From Patescibacteria group bacterium UBA926 (GTDB taxonomy: Bacteria; Patescibacteriota; Doudnabacteria; UBA920), in contig DBDS01000006.1 of assembly GCA_002293685.1 (NCBI GenBank), positions 20,187-84,186 of the forward strand: a stretch of DNA of 64,000 nucleotides, read 5' to 3'. Within the stretch, counting starts at the first letter, position 1; each line of letters opens with the position of its first letter. Both the position numbers and the translations under genes were made by a program. Positions 46,405-56,436 of the stretch are shown in pieces. The notes below the pieces were generated by a model. It saw only the letters and a list, made by a program, of their open reading frames with translations, made no database searches and was not told the origin of the DNA.

Positions 46405-47131
46405 AATTATTAGCGCGATTTTTGCATTAGCATTCGTGATTATGATGCAAGTAATGACTAGCGGTGAACCTGTGTTTCGGTATTTAGTGCCGACGTTCTT
46501 TGGTTTCCTGGTGGCAATGACTATTTATAACTGGCGCTACTTGCTTTCTATTGGAGGAATCTCTTTTTGGATACTAGCTAGAGTCCCAGTCTTTGTTCTA
46601 ATTTGGTTTGGTTTAATTTTCATTGTTCCTTTTGGTTTTGTTCGTTCACTATTTTTATTTGCAAGCTTACCGATTATTTTTGTTTTCGAAACTCTTGTTG
46701 CAAATAAAGGACAGCAACTTGGTTGGAATTTATTTTTATTATCTCTTGCGAGCCTGCTGATAGGATTATTTGGTTTTCATTACTACTTCCCATTATCCGG
46801 ACTTCTCTATCTGGGTTTAGTTTTTCTTGGTGTTACTGTTTTAGTTCGGATTTCTGTTGATGCTGTCCCTCATTCTGAAAGTGTGAAATGGTTTGCCTCT
46901 CTAGTTATCGGATTATTCGCCGCAGAGTTATTTTGGATACTTCAGTTTTTACCGTTACATTTCTCAGTCTTAGCAATTTTGTGTTTCAACATACTGTATT
47001 TATTGTGGGCAATATACTATCATTACTTATACCAGAGCCTGACACGAAGACAGATTCAATTTAATCTATTATTAGTAATGGTCTTTTCGTTTATAATATT
47101 AATTTCTTCACCTTGGACAATTCAAGGATAA
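46385..47131 (+). CDS. Multi-pass membrane protein
   Basis: About 8 hydrophobic helices; GL..AE..W.L.FLP motif. Confidence 0.7.
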   Translation: MNPFRHKIISAIFALAFVIMMQVMTSGEPVFRYLVPTFFGFLVAMTIYNWRYLLSIGGISFWILARVPVFVLIWFGLIFIVPFGFVRSLFLFASLPIIFVFETLVANKGQQLGWNLFLLSLASLLIGLFGFHYYFPLSGLLYLGLVFLGVTVLVRISVDAVPHSESVKWFASLVIGLFAAELFWILQFLPLHFSVLAILCFNILYLLWAIYYHYLYQSLTRRQIQFNLLLVMVFSFIILISSPWTIQG

Positions 47132-47135
47132 CTTT

Positions 47136-48194
47136 ATGAGTAAAAAACTTATTGCGCTAATCATCTTAATTATTTTTGTGCTTGTGGTTGCTGTAGATTT
47201 AGTAATTGGTAACTATATTTCAGCTCGACTATCGACAACCAACTGGGCGAGAGAGTGGGGATTATTTAATCCACAGGCTCCGATTGTAGTTACAAATAGA
47301 GAAACAGTTCGGATTAATTCTAACAATGATGTTGTAGATACTGCTGAGAATGCCAAAAGCAAAACAGCGACTTTGGTTTACATTGATGGAGCCGAGATGG
47401 TTGCTACTGGTAGTGCAGTAAACTGGACTAGTGATGGTTACTTTGTCACTTCGGACAGTGCATTAAGCGTTGGCGGTAAAGTTTACGCTGTAATTACTTC
47501 TGGTGGCGATTTGTTTCCGGTGGAAGCAGCTTATCCTGATCCAGCTTCCAATATAGTTGTTCTTCAGACAGCGGCGCGCGGCTTAACAGTTTTTTCATTA
47601 GCTGAAGAGAGTGATTTGCGCGTAGGAAATCAAGTTGTTATGGTCCAAAATTCAGTAGGTAATAATCAAACTAGATTTTATACTGGTTTTGTAAAGAGAT
47701 TGTCGAATGATATTTCTGGAATAACTTTTGAAAGCGATATTATTTCTCGTTCAATGGAACTAACGTTACTTGAACCTGTTCCAGCTGGTAGTGCTGTACT
47801 TAACCTCTCTGGAAGAATGATTGGAATTTGGGACGGGGAAGCGGTAGTCCCTGCAGAGAGTGTTCGAGAGTTAGTAAACAATTTATTAGCGAACGGACGT
47901 GAATATGCCCGTCCTGCGTTTGGCTTCTCTTATCAGATGTTAAATGAAGTTGAATCAAAAGCTTTGCAAACAGAGCGCGGTGCTCGAGTTCTAGCTGTGG
48001 TTGCAAACAATGCGGCGTCGCGCGGTGGGCTTAGAGCAGGGGATGTAATCACTGAAGTTGATGGGCAAAGAATCAATGACAATTTTAATTTAGATAATTG
48101 GCTTAGACAAGTGAAGCCTGCTCAATCTGTAAATTTTTCAGTGTTTCGCGCTGGTTCCACTGTTAGTTTGATTATCGTTGCTGAAGAGCTGTAG
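47136..48194 (+). CDS. HtrA/DegP-like trypsin-fold + PDZ protein, catalytic motifs degenerate
   Basis: TM, SDGYFVT, L..G..V, LNL.G...G, PDZ GL..GDVI.EVDG; the His and GNSGG motifs are missing. Confidence 0.78.
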   Translation: MSKKLIALIILIIFVLVVAVDLVIGNYISARLSTTNWAREWGLFNPQAPIVVTNRETVRINSNNDVVDTAENAKSKTATLVYIDGAEMVATGSAVNWTSDGYFVTSDSALSVGGKVYAVITSGGDLFPVEAAYPDPASNIVVLQTAARGLTVFSLAEESDLRVGNQVVMVQNSVGNNQTRFYTGFVKRLSNDISGITFESDIISRSMELTLLEPVPAGSAVLNLSGRMIGIWDGEAVVPAESVRELVNNLLANGREYARPAFGFSYQMLNEVESKALQTERGARVLAVVANNAASRGGLRAGDVITEVDGQRINDNFNLDNWLRQVKPAQSVNFSVFRAGSTVSLIIVAEEL

Positions 48195-48210
48195 TTCAAT
48201 AAATGAAAAA

Positions 48211-48362
48211 AGAATCCTCTGAAGCCCGTCAGTAGAGATAAGAATCCCCCGGAAGCCCCGCAATAGAGACAAGAACCCCCGGAAGCCCCGCAATAGAGAC
48301 AAGAACCCCCGGAAGCCCGCAGGGCTATCCGGGGTCTGGATCCCGGGTCTTCCGCCCGGGAT
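48211..48362. repeat. REP-like element with ~30-bp tandem amplification
   Basis: AAGAACCCCCGGAAGCCCCGCAATAGAGAC-type units at 48211 (degenerate), 48241, 48271, 48301 (partial) ending in CCCGGAAGCCCGCAGGGCTATCCGGG. Confidence 0.85.
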
Positions 48363-48376
48363 TTCTATTTAGGAAT

Positions 48377-48976
48377 TTAAAATTCTCTTCGGCCTTCTAA
48401 CGCTCTTTGCAGAGTCACTTCGTCGGCGTATTCTAGGTCACCACCCATTGGTAAGCCTCGTGCTATCCGGCTAATTTTGACTGGTGTTTCGCGGAGTAGT
48501 TTGGCAATGTGCATAGAAGTAGTTTCGCCTTCAAGGTTTGGATTGGTCGCAATAATAATTTCAGTGGCGCCAAGTTTGTTAATGCGGTCTATGAGTGAAT
48601 TGATGTTTAATTGGTCGGCAGTGATTCCTTCCATTGGATTCAGTACTCCACCAAGCACGTGAAATAAACCATTGTATGAACCGGTCTTGTCGAGGGCTAT
48701 TGCGTCCAATGGCTCTTCGACAACACAAATTAATTGTCTGTTACGAGTTGTGTCACTGCAAACTGAACACGGATTTGATTCGGCCATGTTGTGGCAATCA
48801 GAACAGAAAGTAATATCAGTGCGCACATCTTTCACGCTATCCGATAGCGATAGGATTTCGACATTATCTTTTTTGAGTAAATAAAAAGCTAGGCGTTGCG
48901 CCGATTTCGGCCCAATGCCAGGTAGCTTAGAAAATTCATTGATTAATCTTTGAAGAGAAGCAGGGAGTTTAAGCAT
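48377..48976 (-). CDS. recR: Recombination mediator RecR
   Basis: LPGIGPKSAQRLA, C..C......C..C.D..R, ICVVE, ATNP..EGE.T, LEYADE.TL..AL..R. Confidence 0.97.
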   Translation of the reverse strand: MLKLPASLQRLINEFSKLPGIGPKSAQRLAFYLLKKDNVEILSLSDSVKDVRTDITFCSDCHNMAESNPCSVCSDTTRNRQLICVVEEPLDAIALDKTGSYNGLFHVLGGVLNPMEGITADQLNINSLIDRINKLGATEIIIATNPNLEGETTSMHIAKLLRETPVKISRIARGLPMGGDLEYADEVTLQRALEGRREF

Positions 48977-49223
48977 TTAATTTGTCCGAAAGTTCTTTGG
49001 CTTTATAATGGAGTTCGGAAATCTCGTTTAAGCGGCGCTGAAGGTCGAGGTTGTCTGGCTCGTGTTCCAGGTCTGCTTTTAGTTTTCGGATTTGACTTTC
49101 ACTGCGGAGGTTAATGGTTAAGAGGTTTATTTTTATAGTATTTTGCTTGTTTAGGTCTGTTGCCTTTTGCAGATAAAGCATTTTTGCCTGCAAGGGATTC
49201 ATTGCAAAAATATCTGCTCCCAA
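48969..49223 (-). CDS. Hypothetical coiled-coil protein
   Basis: Fills the dnaB-recR gap and overlaps the recR start; start uncertain. Confidence 0.45.
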   Translation of the reverse strand: MGADIFAMNPLQAKMLYLQKATDLNKQNTIKINLLTINLRSESQIRKLKADLEHEPDNLDLQRRLNEISELHYKAKELSDKLNA

Positions 49224-49318
49224 TAGTGCCGTTAATTCTTCACGTAATAGTATAATTTTATCTGAATCTTCAAAAAATTTATTATCTTCCGGATTTATAA
49301 ATCTATATTCACTTATGA

Positions 49319-50707
49319 TTAGTTCTCATTCTCATCAAACCCTTGAAGGGTCTGCATTACTGTTTCAGGGCTGGTGTCGAAGCTCTTGTCGAGGTTACGG
49401 AAGCTGGCGCGGGTCGCATCGAAGAATAGATCGATTTGCCCGGTTGGACCGTTACGATGTTTTTTAATGTGAATCTCAGCGACGTTTGGTCTACTAGAAT
49501 CTGCCCCTTTGTACATATCTTCACGATAAATAAACATAACTACGTCGGCATCTTGCTCGATGGAGCCAGATTCACGAAGATCGGCTAGTTGAGGAACTTT
49601 GTCGGGACGGTTTTCAACCCCACGAGACAACTGTGAAAGCGCTAATACAGGAACGTTAAGTTCACGGGCGAGGATTTTTAACGAACGAGAAATTTCGGAA
49701 ACTTCTTGCACACGGTTTTCTTGGCTACGGCCGGCCATAAGCTGTAAGTAGTCGACGATGATTAAACCCAATTTGTTTTCCATTTGAAGACGGCGCGCCT
49801 TTGTGCGGATTTCCATAATATTGCCGCCGGCAGTGTCATCAATAAAAATTGGTGCTTCACTTAATAAACCCATGGCGTCGCCAAGTTTACTGAAGTCTTC
49901 ATCGGTAAGTTGACCGGTACGGATTTTCCACAAATCAACGTCAGATTCGGAAGCAAGTAATCTATCTACTAATTGGTCTTTTCCCATTTCGAGAGAAAAG
50001 ATTCCGACAGGAGTTTTGGTGTGGACTGCAACGTAGCGCAAAATGTCTAGCGCTAAAGATGTTTTACCCATAGATGGGCGAGCGGCCAAAATTACAAGGT
50101 CAGATTTTTGTAGACCACCAAGTTTTTTATCTAAATCTACGAAACCAGTTGGGATACCACGCAAAGCACCAGCGTTACGATGAAGCTCGTCGATACGATC
50201 AAAACTTTCGTGAAGTACTGCACTGATTGGAATAAAGTTTTGTTGTAAGTGCTGCTGAGAAATATTAAAGAGTTTTTGTTCAGCGTTGTCGAGAATATCT
50301 TCAATTTCACCTTCTTCAGCAAAAGCTAAATTTGTGATTTCTGAGGCTGAAGAAATCAAACGACGCAGAGTCCCTTTTTTGCGAACGATGCCTGCGTAGT
50401 ATGTTGCGTGGGCTGCAGAGGGAACAGAATTTACTAAACTCGCTAAATAACTTGCACCGCCAACACGCTCGGTGTTTTTTTGTTCATCCAAAAGGTTGGA
50501 TACAGTTAGGACATCAATCGAAGTGTTGCGTTCAAATAATTGAGTAACAGCTTCGTAAATTAAACGATGGCGTAAATCATAAAAATCGTCGCTGATTACT
50601 TGATCGGCAACTTTAATGATGGCATCTTTATCCAACATTAAACACCCGAGTAGGGCAGTTTCAGCTTCTAAATTTTGAGGCGGGAGCCGGTCTATTTGAT
50701 TCGCCAT
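49319..50707 (-). CDS. dnaB: Replicative DNA helicase
   Basis: PPQN.EAE..LLG, AARPSMGKT, FSLEM, IVDYLQL, SQLSR, DLRESGSIEQDAD, K.RNGPTG. Confidence 0.97.
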   Translation of the reverse strand: MANQIDRLPPQNLEAETALLGCLMLDKDAIIKVADQVISDDFYDLRHRLIYEAVTQLFERNTSIDVLTVSNLLDEQKNTERVGGASYLASLVNSVPSAAHATYYAGIVRKKGTLRRLISSASEITNLAFAEEGEIEDILDNAEQKLFNISQQHLQQNFIPISAVLHESFDRIDELHRNAGALRGIPTGFVDLDKKLGGLQKSDLVILAARPSMGKTSLALDILRYVAVHTKTPVGIFSLEMGKDQLVDRLLASESDVDLWKIRTGQLTDEDFSKLGDAMGLLSEAPIFIDDTAGGNIMEIRTKARRLQMENKLGLIIVDYLQLMAGRSQENRVQEVSEISRSLKILARELNVPVLALSQLSRGVENRPDKVPQLADLRESGSIEQDADVVMFIYREDMYKGADSSRPNVAEIHIKKHRNGPTGQIDLFFDATRASFRNLDKSFDTSPETVMQTLQGFDENEN

Positions 50708-50802
50708 TTTGGTGTTTAGTTATCTCGGTCTCTGCATTGTAGCAGATATCCGAAAGCGGCTCTAATTGACAAAAGGCGAGGTTTTATGACCTAATTTGTG
50801 GC

Positions 50803-52134
50803 TTACTTATGGATAACTTTTTGACCATCAGCAGTATCCAATACTTCGTAGCCGAGTTTGGCAATTTCGTCGCGGAGTCGATCGGACTCAGTGAAATTTT
50901 TATTTTCTCGGGCGGATTTTCGTGCGTTAAGTAATTCTTGAATTTCTTCGGAGATTTCTACTACAGTTTGCGGTTCTAACCCTAGACCTAGCACTGATTC
51001 ATAACCAGATAAATTTTGTTTGTTTTGATGAGCCACCGCAAGTGCTTCTGCTGTATTAAGATTATCGTTTAGTGCTTTCAAAAAATCCTTGTCTGGTTTT
51101 GCACCTGATTCAGTGTAGGCTTGTTGTAGTTTCTTACGGCCAGCTTTCGATGCTTCAAGTGCTTCCCAAGTAAAATTGGTTTGTTGTTGATAGCTGCTTT
51201 GTAAGTAGAAGTAACGCAAATCTAATCCAGAGAAACCTTTGGAAACTAAATCATCCAAGCGATAGTCGTTCTTTAAACTCTTGGACATTTTCTTTCCATC
51301 AACTTGTAAGTGTTCAAAATGAACCCAAGTTTTCGCGAAAGGATTATACATCGGCTGGCTTTGCGCGATTTCATTAGTGTGATGAGGGAAAATTAAATCT
51401 ACGCCACCTGTGTGGATATCGGTAGTACTATTATTAAAAGCAATTTGGTTAATAGCAGAACATTCAATGTGCCAACCTGGGCGGCCTTTGCCAAGAAGTA
51501 AGTGATCCCAATAAATTTGACCATCAGCTTCGTCCCAAGCTTTCCAAAGAGCGAAGTCGCTTAGATCATCTTTGTCGTATTCATCGTTTTTGATTCGAGC
51601 ACCAACTTTTTTACCTTCAATAAACTTTTCACCCACTAGGCTGCCGTAATCACCAAACTTTTCTTGATACTTTTCAATACTAAAATAAGTACTGCCATCG
51701 TCGGCCTTGTAAGCAAAACCTTTTTCGATTAAATCAACAACGAATTCTTGAATTTGTGGGATGACATCTGTGACATTGATGAATCTAATCTGTTCAGTAT
51801 CGATTCCAACTTCTCGCAAGTCAGAAAAAAACTTCTCGGCATAACGTTGTGTGTAAGTTTTCAATTGAGAAACACCTGCGTCATTACCAAACTCAGAGAC
51901 CGTTCCTTTGATTGTCTTATCATCTATGTCTGTGAGGTTGATTACCCAATCAACTTCTGAACCGTTCGCTTTCAGTGTTCGAACTAAAATATCAGCCATG
52001 ATGAAACTGCGAAGATTGCCAATGTGGGCAAACTCATAGACAGTTGGTCCACAAGAATAGACTTTTACTTTCTTGTCTTTGGTAAGATGTAGACTTTCTT
52101 CCTTTTTTGTGAGAGTGTTGTAAATCTTTAACAT
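50803..52134 (-). CDS. cysS: Cysteine--tRNA ligase
   Basis: CGPTVY..AHIGN, DFALWK, GRPGWHIECS, DIH.GG.DL.FPHH.NEIAQ, KMSKS. Confidence 0.97.
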   Translation of the reverse strand: MLKIYNTLTKKEESLHLTKDKKVKVYSCGPTVYEFAHIGNLRSFIMADILVRTLKANGSEVDWVINLTDIDDKTIKGTVSEFGNDAGVSQLKTYTQRYAEKFFSDLREVGIDTEQIRFINVTDVIPQIQEFVVDLIEKGFAYKADDGSTYFSIEKYQEKFGDYGSLVGEKFIEGKKVGARIKNDEYDKDDLSDFALWKAWDEADGQIYWDHLLLGKGRPGWHIECSAINQIAFNNSTTDIHTGGVDLIFPHHTNEIAQSQPMYNPFAKTWVHFEHLQVDGKKMSKSLKNDYRLDDLVSKGFSGLDLRYFYLQSSYQQQTNFTWEALEASKAGRKKLQQAYTESGAKPDKDFLKALNDNLNTAEALAVAHQNKQNLSGYESVLGLGLEPQTVVEISEEIQELLNARKSARENKNFTESDRLRDEIAKLGYEVLDTADGQKVIHK

Positions 52135-52161
52135 ACGGAAATTGTAACAAAAAAAGTCGCA

Positions 52162-53892
52162 TTAAGCGACTTTAAGTGATTTATGGATAGTTTCGAGATG
52201 CTTTTTTCTAAGTTTTCGCAAGCTTATGCTATCGCTGTGTAAGCGCACGATGTCGGAAAGATGTGCGCTTCCTACAAAGTGAGGAAGTAAAACGTAATCA
52301 GCACCAGCATTATATAAATCAATTGCTTCGGTTTCGTCGCTAGCAGCAACAATAATTCGAGGCTTTCTTTTTAGAAGCTGAACAGCTTCGACTATTGCCA
52401 TTGTGTCATGGAAGTCGGGTATAGTAGAAATTAAAAGCTTGGCTTCATGAATGACTGCTACCTCCTGAATATATGGATCTGCTATATCGCCACAGACTGC
52501 GGACAAACCTAAGTTGCGGTAATGACTGATTATATCCGGATTAAAATCGATAATAATGAATTGAGATTCTTTTTGTTTTTGTAGTTTAGAAACCAAGTGA
52601 CCGCCAAGTCGGTTAGCTCCCACTAAAACGATATGTTTGCGGAACACGGTATCGCCAAGATGCTCTTGATCCTTCCCCCCTTTTTTACTTTTGGTTTCTA
52701 GCCATGTAAATGCGACTTTGCTTAACCATGAATAGAGTTTGTTTGAGTAAATTACGCCGTACGAAGAAATCGCAATCGTTGAAATTCCTACCATAGTAAT
52801 AATCGTAACTTCAGTTTCGGTGACATGACCTGCGGCAAGACCAAGTGCCATTAAAATTAAACTGAACTCTGAAATCTGCGCAACAGTCACACCTGTTAAA
52901 AATGAGGTGCGAATTTTGTAACCCATGAAACTCAAAATGATTGAGACAATCAATGGGTTGCCGATTAAAACAAATAACGCAAAAATTATTGCTGGCCAAA
53001 TCGCAACCGCGATATTATCGAATGATAATTGCGAGCCCAGCACAATGAAGAAGATAACAATGAAGAAATCACGGAGCGGTTTTATGCGACCACTAATTTG
53101 GTAATGTGCCCCAGTGTTTGCTAAAGCGAGTCCGGCAACGAAACCGCCAATCGCTGCGTTAAAACCAATCCAAGGAGATGTGAAAAAAGCTGCAAGACCA
53201 AGTGCCCAACCGAGAGCAAATAACAGTAGTAACTCGTCAGATTTAACAAGTGAGTTAATGAGTTTGGGAAATACGGTTCTGCTTAAAGCAATTACAACGA
53301 TTGCAATCATGAACGCTTTACCAAGCGTGATGATAATTTTTTCAAACACTCCATTTCCGACGAATGTGCCAAAACTTCCGTCGTTAGTAAGTCCGGCTAA
53401 GATTATTAAAATTAATATAGCCGCAATATCCTGAACTAAAAAAATACCCACAGCTAGTTTTCCATACAAGCTCTGCATGTCTTTTTTCTCTGACAAAAGT
53501 TTTACAACAATAATCGTTGAAGAAAAAGTTAGCGCAATGGCAACATACAAGGCTGGAAGTGGTGCCATTCCCAAAACTGTCGCTAGGAAAAATCCGATGC
53601 TTCCAGTGAATAAAATTTGCCCAACACCCGCAATTACCGCGGCCCTACCAATTCGTTTCAGTTGAGAAATATCTAACTCCAAACCAACCATGAACAACAA
53701 AAGGGAAATACCTATTTCTGCCAAGCCGTGTAATATTTCACCATGATGAAGTCGATACAAAGCAAGAGGACCTATCAAAAGTCCGGTTAAGATGTAAGCA
53801 ATAATACTAGGCTGCTTTAAAAAGTGCAGGATGTATGCAATAACTCCAGCAGCGGCAAGCACTAATGTTAATTCAAAAAATATATTTTCCAC
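52162..53892 (-). CDS. CPA2 cation:proton antiporter with TrkA-N domain (KefB/KefC-like)
   Basis: LLF.VGLE, FSST..V.KLL, G..L.QD, F..FF..LG, Q.SEF; C-terminal G..R.G NAD-binding domain. Confidence 0.9.
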   Translation of the reverse strand: MENIFFELTLVLAAAGVIAYILHFLKQPSIIAYILTGLLIGPLALYRLHHGEILHGLAEIGISLLLFMVGLELDISQLKRIGRAAVIAGVGQILFTGSIGFFLATVLGMAPLPALYVAIALTFSSTIIVVKLLSEKKDMQSLYGKLAVGIFLVQDIAAILILIILAGLTNDGSFGTFVGNGVFEKIIITLGKAFMIAIVVIALSRTVFPKLINSLVKSDELLLLFALGWALGLAAFFTSPWIGFNAAIGGFVAGLALANTGAHYQISGRIKPLRDFFIVIFFIVLGSQLSFDNIAVAIWPAIIFALFVLIGNPLIVSIILSFMGYKIRTSFLTGVTVAQISEFSLILMALGLAAGHVTETEVTIITMVGISTIAISSYGVIYSNKLYSWLSKVAFTWLETKSKKGGKDQEHLGDTVFRKHIVLVGANRLGGHLVSKLQKQKESQFIIIDFNPDIISHYRNLGLSAVCGDIADPYIQEVAVIHEAKLLISTIPDFHDTMAIVEAVQLLKRKPRIIVAASDETEAIDLYNAGADYVLLPHFVGSAHLSDIVRLHSDSISLRKLRKKHLETIHKSLKVA

Positions 53893-53983
53893 GAACTTTT
53901 GTTTTTCTTTCTAATCGAAATTTTTACAGCTTCATTATAACACAAAAGTTGCTTTTATCGGTTAAAAAAGCTATAATTTCTTC

Positions 53984-54565
53984 ATGGAAATGCCCAAGTA
54001 CGATGCAATATTTATGGTCGGTCCGCAAGGATCTGGAAAAGGAACTCAAGGGAAAGTCTTGGCAGAAAAGCTGGGTTATTTTTATTGGGAAATGGGTGAG
54101 ATCCTTAGGGAAGAAGCAAAGAAGAGCACTCCTTTTGGAAAAAAGGTGAAAGCTCTTATCGACGCAGGACATCTTTTAGAAGACGACGAACTGTATAGAA
54201 TACTCAACACTGAACTTCCTGAAGTTATAAAGCACAAACGTATTTTGTTCGACGGCGTACCTCGTCGCGTTGGGCAGGGTGTTTATTTAATTCACTATTT
54301 AAATCAAAACGGTTATACAAAGTTCGGAACAATTGTTATTGATGTTCCTAAAAAAGAATCTATTGCTAGATTATTAGAACGAGCCCATCATGAATTCCGC
54401 ACCGATGATACTCCAGAAAAAATTGCTTATCGCTTAGATTTATACGAATCAGAAACTAAACCCGTAATTAAATTTTTACAAGGCATTGGTGATTTACACA
54501 CCATTGATGGAGTCGGGAGCATCGAAGAGATTAGTAAAAGAATTAATCAGGCACTGGGGATCTAA
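53984..54565 (+). CDS. adk: Adenylate kinase family protein (paralog 1)
   Basis: GPQGSGKGTQ, G.ILR, G.L..D, FDG.PR, R.DD....I..RL..Y..ET.P. Confidence 0.85.
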   Translation: MEMPKYDAIFMVGPQGSGKGTQGKVLAEKLGYFYWEMGEILREEAKKSTPFGKKVKALIDAGHLLEDDELYRILNTELPEVIKHKRILFDGVPRRVGQGVYLIHYLNQNGYTKFGTIVIDVPKKESIARLLERAHHEFRTDDTPEKIAYRLDLYESETKPVIKFLQGIGDLHTIDGVGSIEEISKRINQALGI

Positions 54566-55180
54566 ATGGCGAGAGAGCAGAAACCTTTCAATTTAATTTT
54601 GCTTGGCGATGTGGGAGCAGGGAAAGCAACTCAATCCGCACACTTTGCAAAAAAATATAACATGTTTGATTTCGACATGGGGAGGGAACTAACTTTATTA
54701 CGTAAGAAAAATTCTAAAGTTGATTCTGCTCAAAAAAGAACAGCGGATAAAGGAATCTTGACTCCAACTAAAATCGTTCGGGACATTCTTCAATCAAAAA
54801 TCGCTAGGACACCGAAGACAAAAGGAATCTTATTCGATGGCCATCCCAAAATGATCGGCGAAGCTAAGCTTGTAAGAAAATTATTGACCGAACAAAAGAG
54901 AGCAAACCCGTTAGTAGTTTATTTGCTAATCCCTCGTGAGGAATCAGTTAAGCGAGTACTATCCCGCAAAGGCTATAATGATACTCAAATCAAGAAGCGT
55001 AGCGACGACACAATTGCCGGTTTAAAGAATCGAGCCAAGTATTATCGTGATCAGATAAAAAAAGTTACCAAGTATTTTGGTGACCACTATGAATTTGTTT
55101 GTATCGACGGGATAGGAACTCCTGCCCAAGTTCGCACAAGAATACAAGAAGCAATCACACAGTTTCTAGAGAATAAATAA
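54566..55180 (+). CDS. Adenylate/nucleoside monophosphate kinase family protein (divergent paralog 2)
   Basis: GDVGAGKATQ, FDGHPK, RSDD......R..YY. Confidence 0.8.
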   Translation: MAREQKPFNLILLGDVGAGKATQSAHFAKKYNMFDFDMGRELTLLRKKNSKVDSAQKRTADKGILTPTKIVRDILQSKIARTPKTKGILFDGHPKMIGEAKLVRKLLTEQKRANPLVVYLLIPREESVKRVLSRKGYNDTQIKKRSDDTIAGLKNRAKYYRDQIKKVTKYFGDHYEFVCIDGIGTPAQVRTRIQEAITQFLENK

Positions 55181-55182
55181 TT

Positions 55183-55953
55183 ATGGCAGATTACACAAAA
55201 AAACCTGAAGAGATAGAATTAATCGGCGAAGGCGGAAGAATCCTTGGCGGTATTTTGAAGCGCACGGCTATGCTCGCAAAGCCAGGTGTTTCTACTGCGG
55301 AGTTGAATGATTTTGCAGAACGCGAAATTCGCATCGCTGGTGGACGTCCAAGCTTCATGGGTTATGGCGATAAAAAGAACCCGTTTCCTGCTGGGTTATG
55401 TACCTCAATAAATGATGCGGTCGTTCATGGTGTTCCTTCAAGTGAAGATATTCTTCAAGAGGGAGATATAGTTGGACTCGATATTGGAATGGAGTACAAA
55501 GGTTTTTACACTGATACGGCCATTACAGTGCCTGTGGGGAAGGTCTCAGCCCGAGCCGAAGAAATAATGAAGGTCACTAAGCATGCTCTAACAGAAGCAA
55601 TAAATTTAGCAAAACCAGGTAACAAAATAGGGGACTTAGGTTTTGCCATGCAAAGCATTGCCGAGAAAGCCGGTTTTAGCGTAGTTCGTGATTTGGTTGG
55701 ACACGGTGTTGGATATGCGGTTCATGAAGAACCTTCCGTTCCTTGTTACGGCAAGCCAGGAACAGGAATTAGTCTGGTAGAAGGAATGGTCTTGGCGATT
55801 GAGCCGATGGTGTGTGAAAAAAAGCCACGAGTAATTTTCGATACCGATGGTTGGACAATTCGTACCTCCGATGGTGGTTTAGCTGCTCACTTTGAGCATA
55901 CTATTGCAATCACTAAAAATGGTGCTAGAATTTTAACAGAGAGAAATAATTAA
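55183..55953 (+). CDS. map: Methionine aminopeptidase type I
   Basis: C.SIN..VVHG.P, GDIV.LD.G, D.A.T, GHGVG..HEEP, AIEPM, AHFEHT. Confidence 0.96.
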   Translation: MADYTKKPEEIELIGEGGRILGGILKRTAMLAKPGVSTAELNDFAEREIRIAGGRPSFMGYGDKKNPFPAGLCTSINDAVVHGVPSSEDILQEGDIVGLDIGMEYKGFYTDTAITVPVGKVSARAEEIMKVTKHALTEAINLAKPGNKIGDLGFAMQSIAEKAGFSVVRDLVGHGVGYAVHEEPSVPCYGKPGTGISLVEGMVLAIEPMVCEKKPRVIFDTDGWTIRTSDGGLAAHFEHTIAITKNGARILTERNN

Positions 55954-55967
55954 TAATAATCGATACT

Positions 55968-56423
55968 ATGGAATACTCGATTTTGGATACTGCTACAAAT
56001 CAGCCAGTATTTGACCCAGTGTTTATGCTGTTCGGTGTAATATTGGGAATCGCATTATATTTATACAGTGCGTATTGTTTGTACCACATCGCTAAAAAGA
56101 CCAACACCGAAAATGAGTGGTTGGCTTGGATCCCGCTAGCTAACATTTATCTCATGGTAAAAATTGCTCGTTTACCGGTTTGGTGGCTTTTGGTTTTCTT
56201 AACAGCGTTTATACCAGTTCTTAATCTTTTAGCAATCGTACTTCTTGGTTACATTTGGTGGAAAATAGCTGAAGAGCGTCGTCGTCCAGGTTGGTGGGGA
56301 ATTTTGATGCTCATTGGTCCTATTAACTTAGTCATAATTTGGTTCTTGGCATTCCGTGAAGCCGAAAATCAGATCGCTCCAATTTCTACACCGCCTAACA
56401 CACCACCGTCAACAATTATGTAA
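55968..56423 (+). CDS. DUF5684-like membrane protein
   Basis: IAKK......W.AWIP..N.YL..KIA..P.WW repeated motif. Confidence 0.75.
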   Translation: MEYSILDTATNQPVFDPVFMLFGVILGIALYLYSAYCLYHIAKKTNTENEWLAWIPLANIYLMVKIARLPVWWLLVFLTAFIPVLNLLAIVLLGYIWWKIAEERRRPGWWGILMLIGPINLVIIWFLAFREAENQIAPISTPPNTPPSTIM

Positions 56424-56436
56424 AGAAAAACAGAAG

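Noticed and set aside
48211-48320. CRISPR array
   Set aside because: Tandem near-identical 30-mers without spacers; belongs to the REP-like family
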